From positions 44,084,001-44,148,000 of the forward strand of contig NC_087447.1 of assembly GCF_036321535.1 (NCBI RefSeq): 64,000 nucleotides of DNA, read 5' to 3'. Under the pieces are notes generated by a model, which saw nothing but the letters and a program-made list of their open reading frames with translations, ran no database searches and had not been told where the DNA came from. Positions within the stretch are counted from its first letter, which is position 1, and each line of letters opens with the position of its first letter. The DNA is from Camelus dromedarius. Its lineage: Eukaryota. Position numbers and translations under genes: made by a program. Positions 1 to 13,500 of the stretch are shown here, piece by piece.

Positions 1-2585
1 GCCAGTTCCTCAAAAAACACAAGCTACTACAACTCACCCAAGATGAAATAAGATAATTTTAATAAATCTGTAACTGTTAAAGAAATTTAATTCATAAATA
101 AACCCCGCCCCCCAAAAGTAATCTTCAGACTCGGATGGTTTTACCAGAGAATTCTACCATATGTTTAAAAAATAATTAGCATCAATTCCACATAATCTCT
201 TCCAGAAAGTAGAAGATGAGGGATCACTTCCCAATTAATTTTATCAAGCTAATATTACCCTGATACCAAAATAAAACAAAGCCAGTATATTAAAAACTAA
301 ATTTAAAGACCAACATCCCTCATTAATATAGATGAAAGCAACTCTAGCAAATACAACTAGCAACCTATGAAAAGAATTATATACAGAATGACCAGGTTGG
401 GATTATTCCAGAGATACAAGGCTGGTTCAATTCAAAACTCAATCAGTGTAATCCACCATATTAACAGACCACAGAAGAAAAAATCATATAAACATAACAA
501 TCAACACAGCAAAGGCATTTGACAAAATTCATTTATACCCATTTATGGTAAAAACTCTCAGAAACATAGGAATAGAGGGCAACTTCCTTAACTTGACAGA
601 GCATCAAAAGATGCATGATAGTATTATACTTAAGGGACAAAGACTGAATGCTTTCCCCTGATATTGGCATTTACCACTCATATTCAACATTTCACTCTAA
701 GTTATAACCAGTACAATAAGGCAAGAAAAAGAAACAAAAGGCATACAGATAGAAAAAGAAGAAATTAAAATCTATATGCAGATAACATGATTGTCTACAT
801 AGAAAATATCAAGGAATCTACAAAAATCTCCAAGAACTAGTAAGTAGGTTCAGCAAAGTAATGGGATATAAGATGAACATATAAACACTATTATAAATAC
901 TATTACATTAGCAATGATTACATGGGCAATGAAATTTAAAATACAATACTACATATAGTCACTTTAAAATGACTCACAGAAGTGTCAATCTAACAAAACA
1001 TGTAAGGGACTTGCATGCTGATAGCTACAAAATGCTGATGAAAGAAATCAAAGATCAAAATAAATGGAGAGATACACTAGGTTCCTGGATTGGAAGACAA
1101 CACAGTAAAGATGTCAATTTTCCCCAAATTGATATGCATGTTTAATACAACTCTTACCAAATTCCAAGAAAAACTTTCTGTCTTTGGCTTTTGACCTAGC
1201 TGAGATGAGACTACTCTAACATTTATATGAAAATGCAAAGAAACTAGAATAGCTAAAACAATTTTGAGAAACAAGAATTAGGAGGAAAGAGTCTACCTGA
1301 TTTGAGGACTTATTATATAGCTACAGTAATCAAAACTGTGTGGTACTGGCAGAGGGATGAACAAACAAAACAACAGAACACAAAAGAGAACCCTGAAATT
1401 GACCCAGATATGCCAGATAGATTGTTGACAAAGGTTCAAAGGTTATAATACAGGCAATTCAGCCGAGGAAAGACAACTTTTTCAACAAACGGTGCTGGAG
1501 CAATTGGACATCCATAGGCAGAACTCTGACCTAAGTTTCACAGCTTATATAAAATTAACTCGAAAAGGTCACGGACTTTATGTAAAGTGTAAAACTGTAA
1601 TACTTCATTAGAATACTAATATTTCATAAAAAAATCTTAAGGAACAATTGACTAGGCAAAGTTACCTTAGATTTGTCATTAAAATTAAAACTTTTTCTCT
1701 GTGAAAACCTGTTAGGGCAAAAAGGCAAGCTACAGAGCATAAGAAAACATTTGTAAGCCACATATCTGATGAAGGACTAACATCTAGACTATATAAAGAA
1801 TCCACAAAACTCACCAGTAATAAAACCAATCATCAAATTAGAAAATGGGGAAAGGGCATGAAGAGACTCCACCAAAGAGGATAAAGCGGATGGCAAATAA
1901 ACACTTGAAAAGATGTTTAACATTGTTAGCCATTTGGGAAATGCAAATTAAAACAACAACTGAGATGTCATTACACATCTATCAGAATGGCTGAAATGAA
2001 AAATAGACACTCAAACTGAATCACTCATACACTGCTGATGTGTAAAATGGTACAGCCCCTGTGGAGAACAATTTGGTAGTGTTTCCAAACACTAACACGC
2101 AACTACCATATGCTCTGGCAGTTGCACTCCTGGGCATTTATCCCAGAGAAAGAAAAGCTGAAGGTCATACCAGAATCTGTAAACAAATGTTTATAGTTGC
2201 TTTATTTATAATAGTCAGACAACCCTGAAGTCCTTCAGTTGCTGAATGGTTAAACAAACTGTGGTACATCTGTACCGTAGATTACTACTTAGCAATAAAA
2301 GGAAACAAACTACTGATGCACATAAAAACCTGCCTGAATCTCCAGAGAATTATGTTGAGTAAAAACAGCTAATCTCCAAAGGTTAACTACTCTATGATTC
2401 CATTTATACAACATTCTTAAAATTACAAACTTATGGAACTGAAAAACCAATCAGTGGTTGCCAGAGGTCAAGCAAAGAGTACTCTGAACTGAGCAGACTG
2501 GGTAAAGGTGCTCTAAAGTGGGATCTTTCTGTGCTATTTCTTACAACTGCATAGGAACCTATAATTATCTCAAAATAAAAAGTTA
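1..2585 (+). mobile_element. Old LINE-1 (L1M-type): degenerate ORF2 3' half plus 3' UTR, truncated by the window start
   Basis: Typical L1 ORF2 text (gatggttttaccagagaattctacc; aaggcatttgacaaaattca; gatgttcaac-like/gaaatgcaaattaaaac) with many stops and frameshifts; ends in the L1MC/MD-like tail 'ttcttacaactgcat...taattatctcaaaataaaaagtt'. Confidence 0.9.
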
Positions 2586-2699
2586 GCTTAATCTTCAAAA
2601 ATGAATACTTTTTCCTTCAAATTTTGTCTTGATTTTGTCATTGCTTTATGCTTCCTATCATAATAGGAACAATAAATGTTGATTGAACATATTATGTGA

Positions 2700-2900
2700 T
2701 AGACATTTTAATATTACCTCTTTTGATGATCACGTAACACTCTGAGGCAAGTTATATTATCCCCATTTTATATGTGCAGTATCTGTCTTCGAAAGTTTAA
2801 ATAGCTTATCCAAGATCACACAGTTGGTTATCAAGTGTCAAAGTCAAGATTCACCTGCAGACTTGCCTGCCTCTAAAACTGGTGTTCTTAATATCATAAT
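2700..2900 (-). mobile_element. MIR SINE
   Basis: Antisense MIR core 'attatccccattttata...tagcttatccaagatcacacag'. Confidence 0.7.
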
Positions 2901-3569
2901 ATACTTCAAAGACAATCTCTGTTGAGCATCACTTGGGCAGGACTTTATTTCTGACTAAGAGCTAGGAGCATGAGATTTTAATTGTGTTTTCCCCTCATCC
3001 AGTTGTTTTCTCTTGTAGGCTCCTTTCCTACACTGCTCCTCCATGCTCTAGTGCAGATACATTTCTTGTATTCCAGAAGCATCACAGGCAAGCTGAGCTT
3101 TTTCTGCTTCACTGACTGACCTAATAAAATCCAGTATTTCTTAAAATAAGCTTCTAAATAGCTCAAGGAATTATTGTCAGGCATTGCCTGCAGCACCCAG
3201 AGTTTGTTCTGTCCTCCTGAATCTCTCACCCTTCCCTCCATCCACCCTATTCTCTGATGATTCTGGGCAGTGTGGCTGTGGTTTTTAAGTTATATTAACC
3301 AGAAAATCCATTCATTATTATAATTAATCAGAAACCTCACTTAGGGGTGCTTCCTCAGCCTATGATACAAAATATCTTGCATTTTCATGGCTTGGAGATA
3401 CTGAATTAATTCAATATTGCATGGATATGGGAGGTTTTCTTAGAACTACTGCCATACAGGACTCTATAAAGATTCCAGTAAACAAAAGGCTACACAAACC
3501 AGCTATTCTTTCAGCAGCACTCTCTCTCAGTAAGTCCTTTGGAAAAAAACTGAATATACATTTAAGTTT

Positions 3570-3790
3570 TACCATGGTCGAGCGCTGTGTTAAGTGTTTT
3601 AAATGTGTTAAATGATTTAATCCCCCCCAAGCCCTCATGAAGTGGGCATTCTCACATTCTTATTTTACAGATGATAAAGCAGACACAGAGAGGTTCAGAG
3701 ACTTGCCTCAAACCACACCAGGGATGGGATTTTGAGCTCAGGCAGTCTGATCACAAGCCCAGAAGCTTAACCATCGTATTTTACTACTTC
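3570..3790 (-). mobile_element. MIR SINE
   Basis: 'tattttacagatgataaagcagacacagagaggttcagagacttgcctcaa...ggcagtctga'. Confidence 0.75.
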
Positions 3791-3924
3791 TTCACTTGAT
3801 GAATTGACTTCTTCATTTACTAATTTCCACCATGTACTTTTAGTGATCATTAGTAAGAAGCTGAAGTCAGGAGAGAAAATGGAAGTCAAAAAAGTGTCAG
3901 AGAAACAGATTTCTTAAAAAACTT

Positions 3925-5217
3925 CTAAATTTTTAAAATAATTCCAAAGTTATACAAAGGTTGCAAGAATAAGAAGAACTCCAGTTTGCCTTCAACCAGG
4001 TTTCCCAATGGTTAACTCTGACACATTTTCTTCATCATTTTCTCTCCTTCCTCCCTTCCCCATCCTCTATCTACATATACGTATGTCTGTATGCACACAT
4101 TTTTTTCTTTCCAAATTAGTTGAGAATAAGTAGTTAGCATGAAGACTCACTACTGTTGTATCTTAAAGAAAAGGACACCCTCCTACATAATCACAAAATT
4201 AATAGAATTAACACTGAGACCATTTAAATTTCACAAATTGTCCCAGTAACGTATTTTATAGCAAAGGAAAGTATAAGGATCTTCTAGCTCAAGATCCACA
4301 TTTCACTGTCATTTTTTATTCTTTTTCAGTCCAGAACAGTTTCTCAGTCTTTCCTGTTCATGATCTTGACATTTTTGAAGAGTACAACATAGTTATTTTT
4401 TTAGAATTCCCCTCAGTTTTATTTCACTCTTGTTTCCTCAATATTAGATTTAGGTTCTGCACTTCCGGCAGGAAGGTCACAGAAGTAATGCTGTGTTCCT
4501 CTCAGGACATCTTGTCAAGAACACAATGTTGATTTGTACCATTCCTAGTGATGCTAATTTTCGTCACTGGGTTAAGGTGGTGCCTATCAAATTTCTTCAC
4601 TATAAAGCCACAGGTTTCCCTTTGTAATTAATAAGAAACCTGTGGGGAGATCCTTTGAGATTACATTACTAACACTTATACCTACTAGTCTTACACTCTA
4701 CCAATGACTTGTTACTAAATAATTACTATGATGTTTGCTTCTGATGACTTCCTAATTCAATAATTTCTTGTACATTTATTCGTTGGTATTATAAGAAAGA
4801 GCTTTTCCTTTTCCTGTGTTCATTCATTCATTCATTGACTCGTTGATCCTTATTTTAATCAACAGGTTATATTACAGTTACTATTTATTTTCATGCTCAA
4901 ACTGTCCCAGTTGTCCTTCAAGCTGACTGCTGTGTCCTTTGGACAGGTCTTCACAATGTCTTATTACTTCCTTGGTTTATGACGAATCAAGATATTCTGG
5001 GCTCCTCTTGTACTTCCCTTTCCTCAGTCCTGAAATAAGACATTTCCCAAGAAATGTCTCTAATAATAAGAAGGCCTCTAATAAGGTTTCCCTTATTTGA
5101 TAAAGCTATTTAGAAACCAAGATCTGGGTACTAGATGTGCTCTTTGTTACTGGGGTTACATTACTTTCAGCAGACAGAGCTCTAAAATGAACACACACAT
5201 ACACAACACACACACAC

Positions 5218-5251
<34 letters not shown>

Positions 5252-5420
5252 CTATATCCATGTCTCTCCAGTTAGATATAGCTATAAAGAGTTCATGGAG
5301 TACCTTCAATTCCAATCTAACAACACTGTCTATTCTAACATTCACCCTTTCAATGTTTGAATATCCTTTCTCTGACAGTGAAAAATCTGCCTCCCACTTC
5401 TCTTAATATATATTCTTTCT
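3925..5420 (-). mobile_element. Old L1 3' UTR fragment (L1MC4/5-like)
   Basis: 'aataattccaaagttatacaaaggttgcaagaata...aggtttcccaatggttaac', 'ttgacatttttgaagagtac', 'tttagaaaccaagatctgggtactagatgtgctc' resemble L1MC-type 3' ends. Confidence 0.7.
5191..5248. repeat. (CA)n microsatellite, imperfect, with a 28-bp pure tract
   Basis: Directly visible: acacacacatacacaacacacacacacctacacacaca... Confidence 0.95.
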
Positions 5421-5599
5421 TGGTCATTTCTCTTGTTTACAAACAATGCCTCTTCCACCCCAGACCCAGGCTACCTCCTCAGCCCTGAGCACCAACTCAG
5501 CCCAGACCATGCCGTCCTCACAGGAATATCTGTATTTTTTTTACAGTGAAGCACCCACAAGTAAGTTTAATTATGTAAATAGATCAAGGTCTCAGAACA

Positions 5600-6600
5600 G
5601 CAGGTTGGTGGAATCTGTGAGCTATTATCTAAGACTATACAAGGTTCAGTGTACATATAAAAGATGGAGGCAGTCAAGAGATATTCTATGTGTAAGATGA
5701 CCACTGATCAATCCCTCAAAGCTGCATCTGGCAGAGAATGGGAGGGGGCAGGTGAAGTGCATAGCACGGGCAGAGGTATGGCAGTATGAGAAAACAGATT
5801 TTTCTATTCAGGTAATTATAAGAAGACACTGTCAGTGAGATATAAAGCTGTATACGTAGGCAGGATATAGGTTTTTTTGACATGATCTACAAAAAAGTTT
5901 AAAAATTATTCAATAGAGAGTGAGGAGCTATTGCCTAGTTTTAACATGGAAGAATCAGGATATCCTTAACATTTTTAAAATGTCACACTGTCAGCAGCAT
6001 TGAGATTATAATTTAAATGAAACTAGACTGAAGATGAGAAACAGCAAGAGACTTGTCATACTTCAGGGAAGAGACCATAAAAGTGGATGCAAGACATGTT
6101 AAGGAGATAAAAATCAATGTTTTACTAGTGATTAGAGGTGGGAAGTGTGGAAAAACCAGGAACGTAGGGGGACATCTGTGATCCTCACATGGAAGACCGA
6201 GTTCATGGTGGTGATACTCACTGAGCACAGAGAAAGGAGGAAGTGTGTCAGGGAGAAGATGATGAATTCAGTTTGTGATCTGTTGAGTCTGTGTTGCCTC
6301 CTGGATATTCAGTAAGAAACTGAGCAGTAGATGTGGGGCCCTGAAGACTGAACAAGATTGACGATGTATCTCTGAGAGGCACCAGTGTAATGGTGATAGT
6401 GGAATCCACGGTAACAGACAGAATAACCTAGAGAAGTTTGTTCTGTGAAAAGAGAAGAGATGGCTAAAGACTGTCTGGAAACAAAGGCATACTCAGAAGA
6501 AGCAAGCCTTGCAAAAGGACCTTTGAAGGAATGGTTTAAGAATGAGGCTGAGAAGCAGCAAAAATGTTCAGAAGTTAAGCTGATGGGAGTCACTTCCCAT
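5600..6600 (-). mobile_element. L2 LINE fragment
   Basis: Antisense L2 signature 'gatgatgaattcagtttgtgatctgttgagtctgtgttgcct...ggatattcag' in purine-rich context. Confidence 0.6.
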
Positions 6601-6989
6601 GTCAAATTACTTCTAGACAGGTCCCCATAATACAGCCTCCTCAACTAAAATTACCCACCAAACAAAAAGGGAACCAAAAATGTACATGCAGCACCAAAAG
6701 CTGAAAATTAAAACTAACAATAATATCGGAATCTTTTAGGAATCTCCAATAACTTTATTCCTTAAAAAGCTTCCTAGCTTTCTCTCATACTGCTGAGGCT
6801 CTGAAAGCCTGAGTGGAGACTAACACGTAATTCACAATCAGCAGAACTACCCACAAATTGCTGTACGAGCACCCCTCTCCTGGTACTTTTGGATCTCCTT
6901 ACATGCATTTTCAGCTCATCCATTAGGCTGCTCCTTCCACCACTCATCTGAATGTTTCTTTCGTCACTCCACCTTTGTGCCTTTTATGC

Positions 6990-7120
6990 TCTCTTCTCAA
7001 AGTTGAATGTGCAGTCAACTTATTTGGGGATTTTATTAAAATGCAGATTCTAATTGTGGGTGGAGTCTAACAGGGGATGTGTTGCAGCTGATCCCAGGAC
7101 CACACTTTTGAGTAGCGAGA
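6990..7120. mobile_element. MER5-like hAT-Charlie DNA transposon remnant
   Basis: 'ttctcaaagttgaatgtgca...ttattaaaatgcagattct...ccaggaccacacttttgagtagc'. Confidence 0.65.
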
Positions 7121-7959
7121 GTACATAGTCCTCTATGCCTTCTCTCATATGTCCACCTGTATATACCACACCGCCCTCAGTCTCTGTCCCTCTTATGACC
7201 CTACTGCTGCTTGTTTCAATCTCCCTAAATTCTCTCCTCCTTTCTTTTGACCTGCTATGCACCTATTACTTTTATCATGGCATTCAATAGTGCCATTGTC
7301 TTCCTTATTTTATTCTTATCCCAACAAAATTTCTATTCACTCCTTCAGTTCAGCTCAATTCTGTATCAGGAAAGCAAACTGATTACATCAAGCCACACAA
7401 GGGTCTAAGTTTCTGAGAGCCAATTGATGTCCCTCTGGGGTGTTTGTCCATTCTATCTCTCAGGAAACAAGTTTGGAGCAGGGAGGTTTTCCTTAAATCA
7501 CACCAACTGGCATCACTGTGCAAGACTAGGGTTGAAAAAAAGAACTTTCCCTGAAAAGGAAAGCGTTGCTCTTTTTCTCAACCTTCCCCTTCTTTAATCA
7601 CTTTCTGAGACTTGAGCCCTGAAAATCCCAGTCACTCGTAAACAGGCAGTGAAGATTACGGAGGTTAGAGTTTACAAACCCAAAACTGGGACACAGTGTC
7701 GTTAAGGACACAGAACATCTGAAAATGTGATTCCCCCAGAAAATTCTAGAACCTTGTTTGCAATGTGAAAATTAAATAGGGGTTCAGACCCAACTCTGGC
7801 ACTACCTGGGGACTCAATAAAAGTTTTTTGATCTTCTTAAACCTTGGTTTTCTTATCACCAAATGGCATAATAAAATCTGTTTCAAAGGGTGATTACAGG
7901 AGCCAAATCCCAAATTTCCATATAACGTGAGAATCCAGAAGCAGCTCTCAACCTTTTAT

Positions 7960-8160
7960 AAATAGCATTACATTAAATCTGCACAGCAATCTATGTGATA
8001 GTAGCCATTTCTTACTACAATTTTACACTCGAGAAAACAGAGAGGCAGAAAGGTTTAGTAATTTATCCAAGGTCACATAGCTATTAGATTGTGGAGCTAA
8101 TTAGAATTCAGGCAATCTGACTCCAGAGCCTACAATTTTTAGCCTACATTATACTATTTC
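7960..8160 (-). mobile_element. MIR SINE
   Basis: 'attttacactcgagaaaacagagaggcagaaaggtttagtaatttatccaaggtcacatagcta...ggcaatctgactccagagcc'. Confidence 0.75.
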
Positions 8161-11100
8161 TAGCGAACTATAATATAGCTTTCTTTTTGGACCTAATGCA
8201 AACAACCAGCAATTTTCAGCATGATGAGCATGAGCATTTTGAGTGTGAAGCTCACATCTGATCTATTTCGTATCCCTCCCCACCCTACCCTTGTGCTTTG
8301 GTAGTTGCTCAGTACATTTCATTAAACTAAAAAGAAAACAAGATTCCATTATAAGTGGCAAACAGTTTTGAATGGAGAAATATGTAGACCTTGGTCACTA
8401 AAAGAATCATTAAAGGCACAGAATTTTACTTAGGGAATAAAGGACCCAGATAATCAAGCAAATTCCTCTGTTCAACTTTTGCATTAAAAGCTCAGAATTC
8501 ATCAATCTTAAAGCACAAATCCCTGGTAAGATTCTAGGTCAAACTAAGAAATCTGTGATTTGTTCTAATTATTTCTTAAAAGCATATAGGCTATTATAAT
8601 AAAATATTTGCTTGACCTTATTCTGTCTTATTACTCTAAAAAATGGAAGGAGGTATGAAGGAATTGACACTTTCCTTTTACATGGTTCTAAAAATATCCC
8701 AGGATAACATATCACAAAAGCAACAAAGAAAGTGTCCTGTCATCAAATCTTGTCTTAAGCCTGCAGAGCCCGATGCATCTCATCAAGAACAATGAACAAC
8801 ACTGACATGGTGGTGTTTCTCACAAGAATTGTACATCAATTTTAATACATCCCAGCACTCTGTGGTGCTGTGGTGACACTTCTCTTACTCTGCAGGCAGT
8901 GTGGAGTCAGAGGTGACCCATCTATCAGTACAACAGGATTCTGCAATGTGAATTACATTCTAGATTAGGTATCTAATTTCCCATAAGCCCAGCAAGCCAA
9001 TAAGGATTCTGACCTTCTAGAACTTACAGAGTAGGGATGGGGAAATAGTTATTAGACTTAGAAAGGAGATTACTATGTGCGATAGTAATGGTCACGCTGC
9101 AGGCATTCCTTAAATGTGTGGTGATCCACAGCTGTCCATTCACATTTAATAATAAGGGAATAAGACTGACAAGTTCTGTATCTGTGGGTGGAGTTTAGCT
9201 ACTGACAGGTTTCATATCTGTTCAGATGTATTAAATCATTGGCCCATGAGCATAATTAGGACTCACATAGTGATTTAAACTTTATAAATTAGATTGTAAA
9301 TAAAAATTGGGAGATTTTACATAAAAATTATATTTTTGGCTTCTTTTGAAAAATAGAGACTAACAATACTTAGCTCACATTCACAAATGCCAGTCGGCCA
9401 AGAGTTGGCGGCTATTCTGCCTGCAGAATACGTGACCTGCCTGGTTCATACTGACATTGGAACTTAACATATCTACTTGAGAGCAAGCAAGCAGGAGGCT
9501 GGACTTTCTTCTGGAGAAGCCTTACTTATTAGAATAAAGAAGACTTTATTCTGAAGTGTCAGATCATACTAGCTGCCCTTGTATTTCCTGGAAAGATCAT
9601 TTATTTATTTGTTTTAATATAAAAAAATTAAGCCCCAGGTGCAGGGAATTGAATCAGCCATGCTCCACACGTCATTATCAGTTTGTGCAAGGCCCTTCCC
9701 CTTGTTACAGTTTATTCTATTGTTTTTTTCTGTTAATTCCCTACCCACCCTCCTATTCCATTTTGCTTCATGGGCACCCAGTCTATAATTTCCATAATTT
9801 TTGTTTTTCTATAAAAACATCTATTTCACAAAGAGCAGAGAAGGGGAACCCAGGCCAAGCCTGGTCTTAACTAAGAATCCTTTTGGAGGATACAGAGACA
9901 AGAGTCTGGAGGGGAACAAGGCCACAGTTATATGCAGACTACAGTACTAAAGAGAGAAAAGTGCAGCACAAAGAGAACCCTGAACATCTGCAGAAGGTCC
10001 ACCTAGAGCATCCAGTCAAGAACTGATCAGTGCACATGTATCAGGAAACTATCTGAGGCTGGGGGAAGCACCATCCACACAGCTTAGGATGCAGCAGTAC
10101 CAGGTCCTCCTGCTGGGGTCAAGAAAAGTGCCGGCTGCCGCCACAGTAAATTAGCCCTAGACTGAGCACTAGTCCACTGCTTTTCTTAATTTTGTAGTTA
10201 TCGTGCTGCTTAGCCAGCAGTTATACCCTTAAGGAGCTGAGGTCTGGTTAATTTCATCTCTCTGGGGTGTCATTCTAGGTATCTATAAATATAGTTGTTT
10301 AGAAACATCTCTAAAATCAGATGAGTGTTTCAACAAAGCACATCCCTCCCCCAAGGTTCATAAATCTAGTTTTGCTGTTAATCCTTTCCAGAACAAATGA
10401 AGCACAGAGGAGTTAATCCAAATATATTAGTTACATGGGGAGTGTTTACTCCACTGGAAATAATGAAAATAAATAAAGCAGTGTTATTATTGAGGCCATA
10501 AAATCCATTTGGTGAAAACTAATCTTCTTAGTTTGTTATTTTAGTATATCAAAACCTTCGTAATATTTATGATTTCCTTGCATCAGGGAAATGGTGCTTC
10601 TTCAAAGCTTCTAGAAAGCAATTTTTCAATTCCCTGTTGTGATGTACTTTTGGAATTCTGCTGTCAAAAACATTTCACTGGACATAAAAGAGGAAACACA
10701 CAACGGCTTTATCAAAACCCCACTTCACTGCAGCCTTTTATTTAGGTTCATTTCTGGTCTTCAATTTTCCTTCTATGCCAAAGCAAAAGCTTGTTTTCCG
10801 CTGCTCGTGTGAAGTGCTTTTATTTGTACTCTTATATGTGAGCTGGGTTACAATTTCTAGTTTGTGTCTTTTCTTCCCCACTGGACTGAGAGGTAAATAT
10901 TCAAAGTTAGAGACCATAATCAGTGTCATATGTTTGCATTTCCACCTTTCAGAAGCTTGCTCAGCCAGAAGAAACACTGAATTCATCTTTACAAAATGAG
11001 GGGACGGGAGGCTGAGGACAGCTGCAAACACGACGTGGTTCCCTTCCACAAGCCCCGTGCCATGCATTCCTCTCCAGTGGGTTGGATGTCTTCTTGGAAA

Positions 11101-12229
11101 TCACTGAGCATCTGAAGAATGGAACTGCATTTCCAGCCTGCCTAAATGCCCAGATTGATTACTATCCCGAGAACACGTCCCCTGAAGTAAATATTACATA
11201 AATGGTTCGTTTTCCCAGGTCTCTAATTTCGGTGGAAACACCCATTGTACCAACTGTAGAAGGTTTAGAATCTCACCCAAACACATAATGAGGTCTGGAG
11301 AAAAACACATAACAAATGTCCAGACTAAAAGGAAGGCTGCAGCCATACACCGGTACATGTGGCCTCAATAATGAAATAAAACACAAAAGAAAACAAGAAT
11401 GTTGTAACAATCTAGTTCTCTGGCACAAATTCAAGACTGGCGACAGAATCCTGTTATGTACCTTGATGTTACTGGGAAAATAAAATCATATGGTACTACA
11501 ATGCAATGGAAAAATTAGGACATTTATGAGTTTATAATCTCAAACCAGACGAGAGTCAACAAGTTGCTGCCTGTGAGGTAGTTGGAGGATGCAGGTGAGG
11601 GCATGCTTGACCAGGGAATCAAATACTAAGGATTTATCTCAAATTATATCCAGACAATTGCCACCAGAAAGGGGTCAAATGAAGGTAGTGTGTCCCCCAA
11701 GATTCTGACAAAGTTGAGCCTGACTCTGCATTTTATATAAAAAAATCACTGTAGGACCTTTAAAAACACACATAATCAATTCCAATTTAAGACTGAGATT
11801 TCTTAGTTCAAAACCAAGACTGAACGTGATTGAGGGATAAAATGCTAAGTGTAAAGAAATTAATGATAAAAGTAATTCAGACCAGGCAGTAGCCCTCAGA
11901 ATGCCACAACAGCCACCCAAGAGGTCCTCCTGTACTATCCTTTTATCTTCTCCCCGGGGGAGTGTGACATGTGAATTATAAAAGGATACTGGGTGAAACT
12001 AGGGATTGTGTGAAGCTTCATCTTTGTTAAGTAATCTACATCCTAATTTTTAATACAGTTCTTCTCAATAAACATTTTCTATAAATCTGAAATATGAATG
12101 CTTATTAAATAGGGGGAGAATATTCCCCATTTAGTATTTTTTCCTAGAACTGAGTCATTTGGACTGACATCACAGAGACCTGGGCTCTTATGCCCTGGCC
12201 TGCCTGGCATAGTGACTGTTTTTCAGGCA

Positions 12230-12480
12230 GTATAACCTAGGAAGTAAAACCTTGGGCTCTAGGAGGCCACTTAACTGGATTAAAATTATTACTTTACCAA
12301 ATTTCTATCTCTGTAACCTTGGGCAAATTACTCACTTTCTCTATGCCTCAGTGTCCTCATCTGTAATATGGGTATAAAAAAGGCATCTACTTCATAGGGT
12401 AGTTGTGAAGACTAAATGAGATAAACTATCTTAATGCCTACTCAGAGGAATCACTCAAAAATATGAGTTATTTCTGTTAG
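12230..12480 (+). mobile_element. MIR SINE
   Basis: 'tgtaaccttgggcaaattactcactttctctatgcctcagtgtcctcatctgtaatatggg...tagggtagttgtgaagactaaatgag'. Confidence 0.85.
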
Positions 12481-12839
12481 AGCCAGAAAGGAAACTTAGA
12501 GATTGTATAGGTCAAAATTATCTTAACTTCTCTCAATTTTCTATTTTTGAATTTGAAAAATACTAGGCTAAACAGACTAAATAACAGCATAATTTACACC
12601 AATATTCTGATATTATCCTAAGTATATAAAACCTTTTTTAAAAAAAAATGTATACTTTCTTTATAGTAATAAGTTCCAATATGAATTTTAGACTTTAAAT
12701 TTATTTTAAAAAGAAAATACAACTATAGACTATACATTACTTAACAAAGCCCCACAAAATTCCTATTCTCATCCAATTTTTTAGTATCTTTTTAAAACTC
12801 ACATTTCATGTTTCCTCCATATGATAAACAGATACGGAG

Positions 12840-13125
12840 GGGACATTCCTTGTATTGTGTTACATTACATGGCAAAGGTGATGGGATGTCCTGAATCATG
12901 GGATATGGGGTCTCCATGCTTATGGAGACGTTATGGAGATGTTATATGAGACTAATGTTCTGGTCTGTTGTCATATGAGAGTCTGCATTAGCAAACTGAA
13001 GAGACTCTCCTTCAGGCTTTGAAGAAATAAGCTGCTGCCAGTCCCCAGCTGACAGCCAGCAAGGAAACAGGGACCTCAGTGTTAGAGCTCTCTAATCATA
13101 TGAAGATGAATTCTGCCAATAGAAG
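12840..13125 (+). mobile_element. MLT1-type MaLR LTR fragment
   Basis: 'tgttacattacatggcaaagg', 'ccccagctgacagccagcaaggaaacagggacctcagt', 'tgaattctgccaa'. Confidence 0.65.
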
Positions 13126-13349
13126 GAATATACATGTGTATAAATACATATGATAAATACATTTATTTATTTAAAAGGAAATAAAGTTTTACCTTTATGC
13201 AATCAAATGAAGAAATATATAATTTTTGATACCTCTACTTTGGGGCCTAAAAAAATCTTTCCAAACTCAAGGTTACATAAAAAACACACCTACATCTTCT
13301 TTAAAGCTTTTTGCAGTTTCTATTTTTTATATTTAAAATGTTAATCCAC

Positions 13350-13500
13350 CATTTAAGAAGATGAAAAAAGTTCTGTAGATGGAAGAGAATGATGGCAGCA
13401 CAACCGCGTGAATGTGCTTCATGCCACTGAATGGTGTGCTTAAAAACATCAAAATGGTAAATTTAACGAGTATTTTACCAAAAATTAAAAAAAAAATTAT
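13350..13500 (+). mobile_element. L1MB-type 3' end with A-tail
   Basis: 'gatgaaaaaagttctgtagatgga...atgccactgaa...aaaatggtaaattt...aaaaattaaaaaaaaaa'. Confidence 0.75.

Noticed and set aside
1..2585. Active L1 or coding ORF2
   Set aside because: Heavily degenerate; no long plus-strand ORF in the track.
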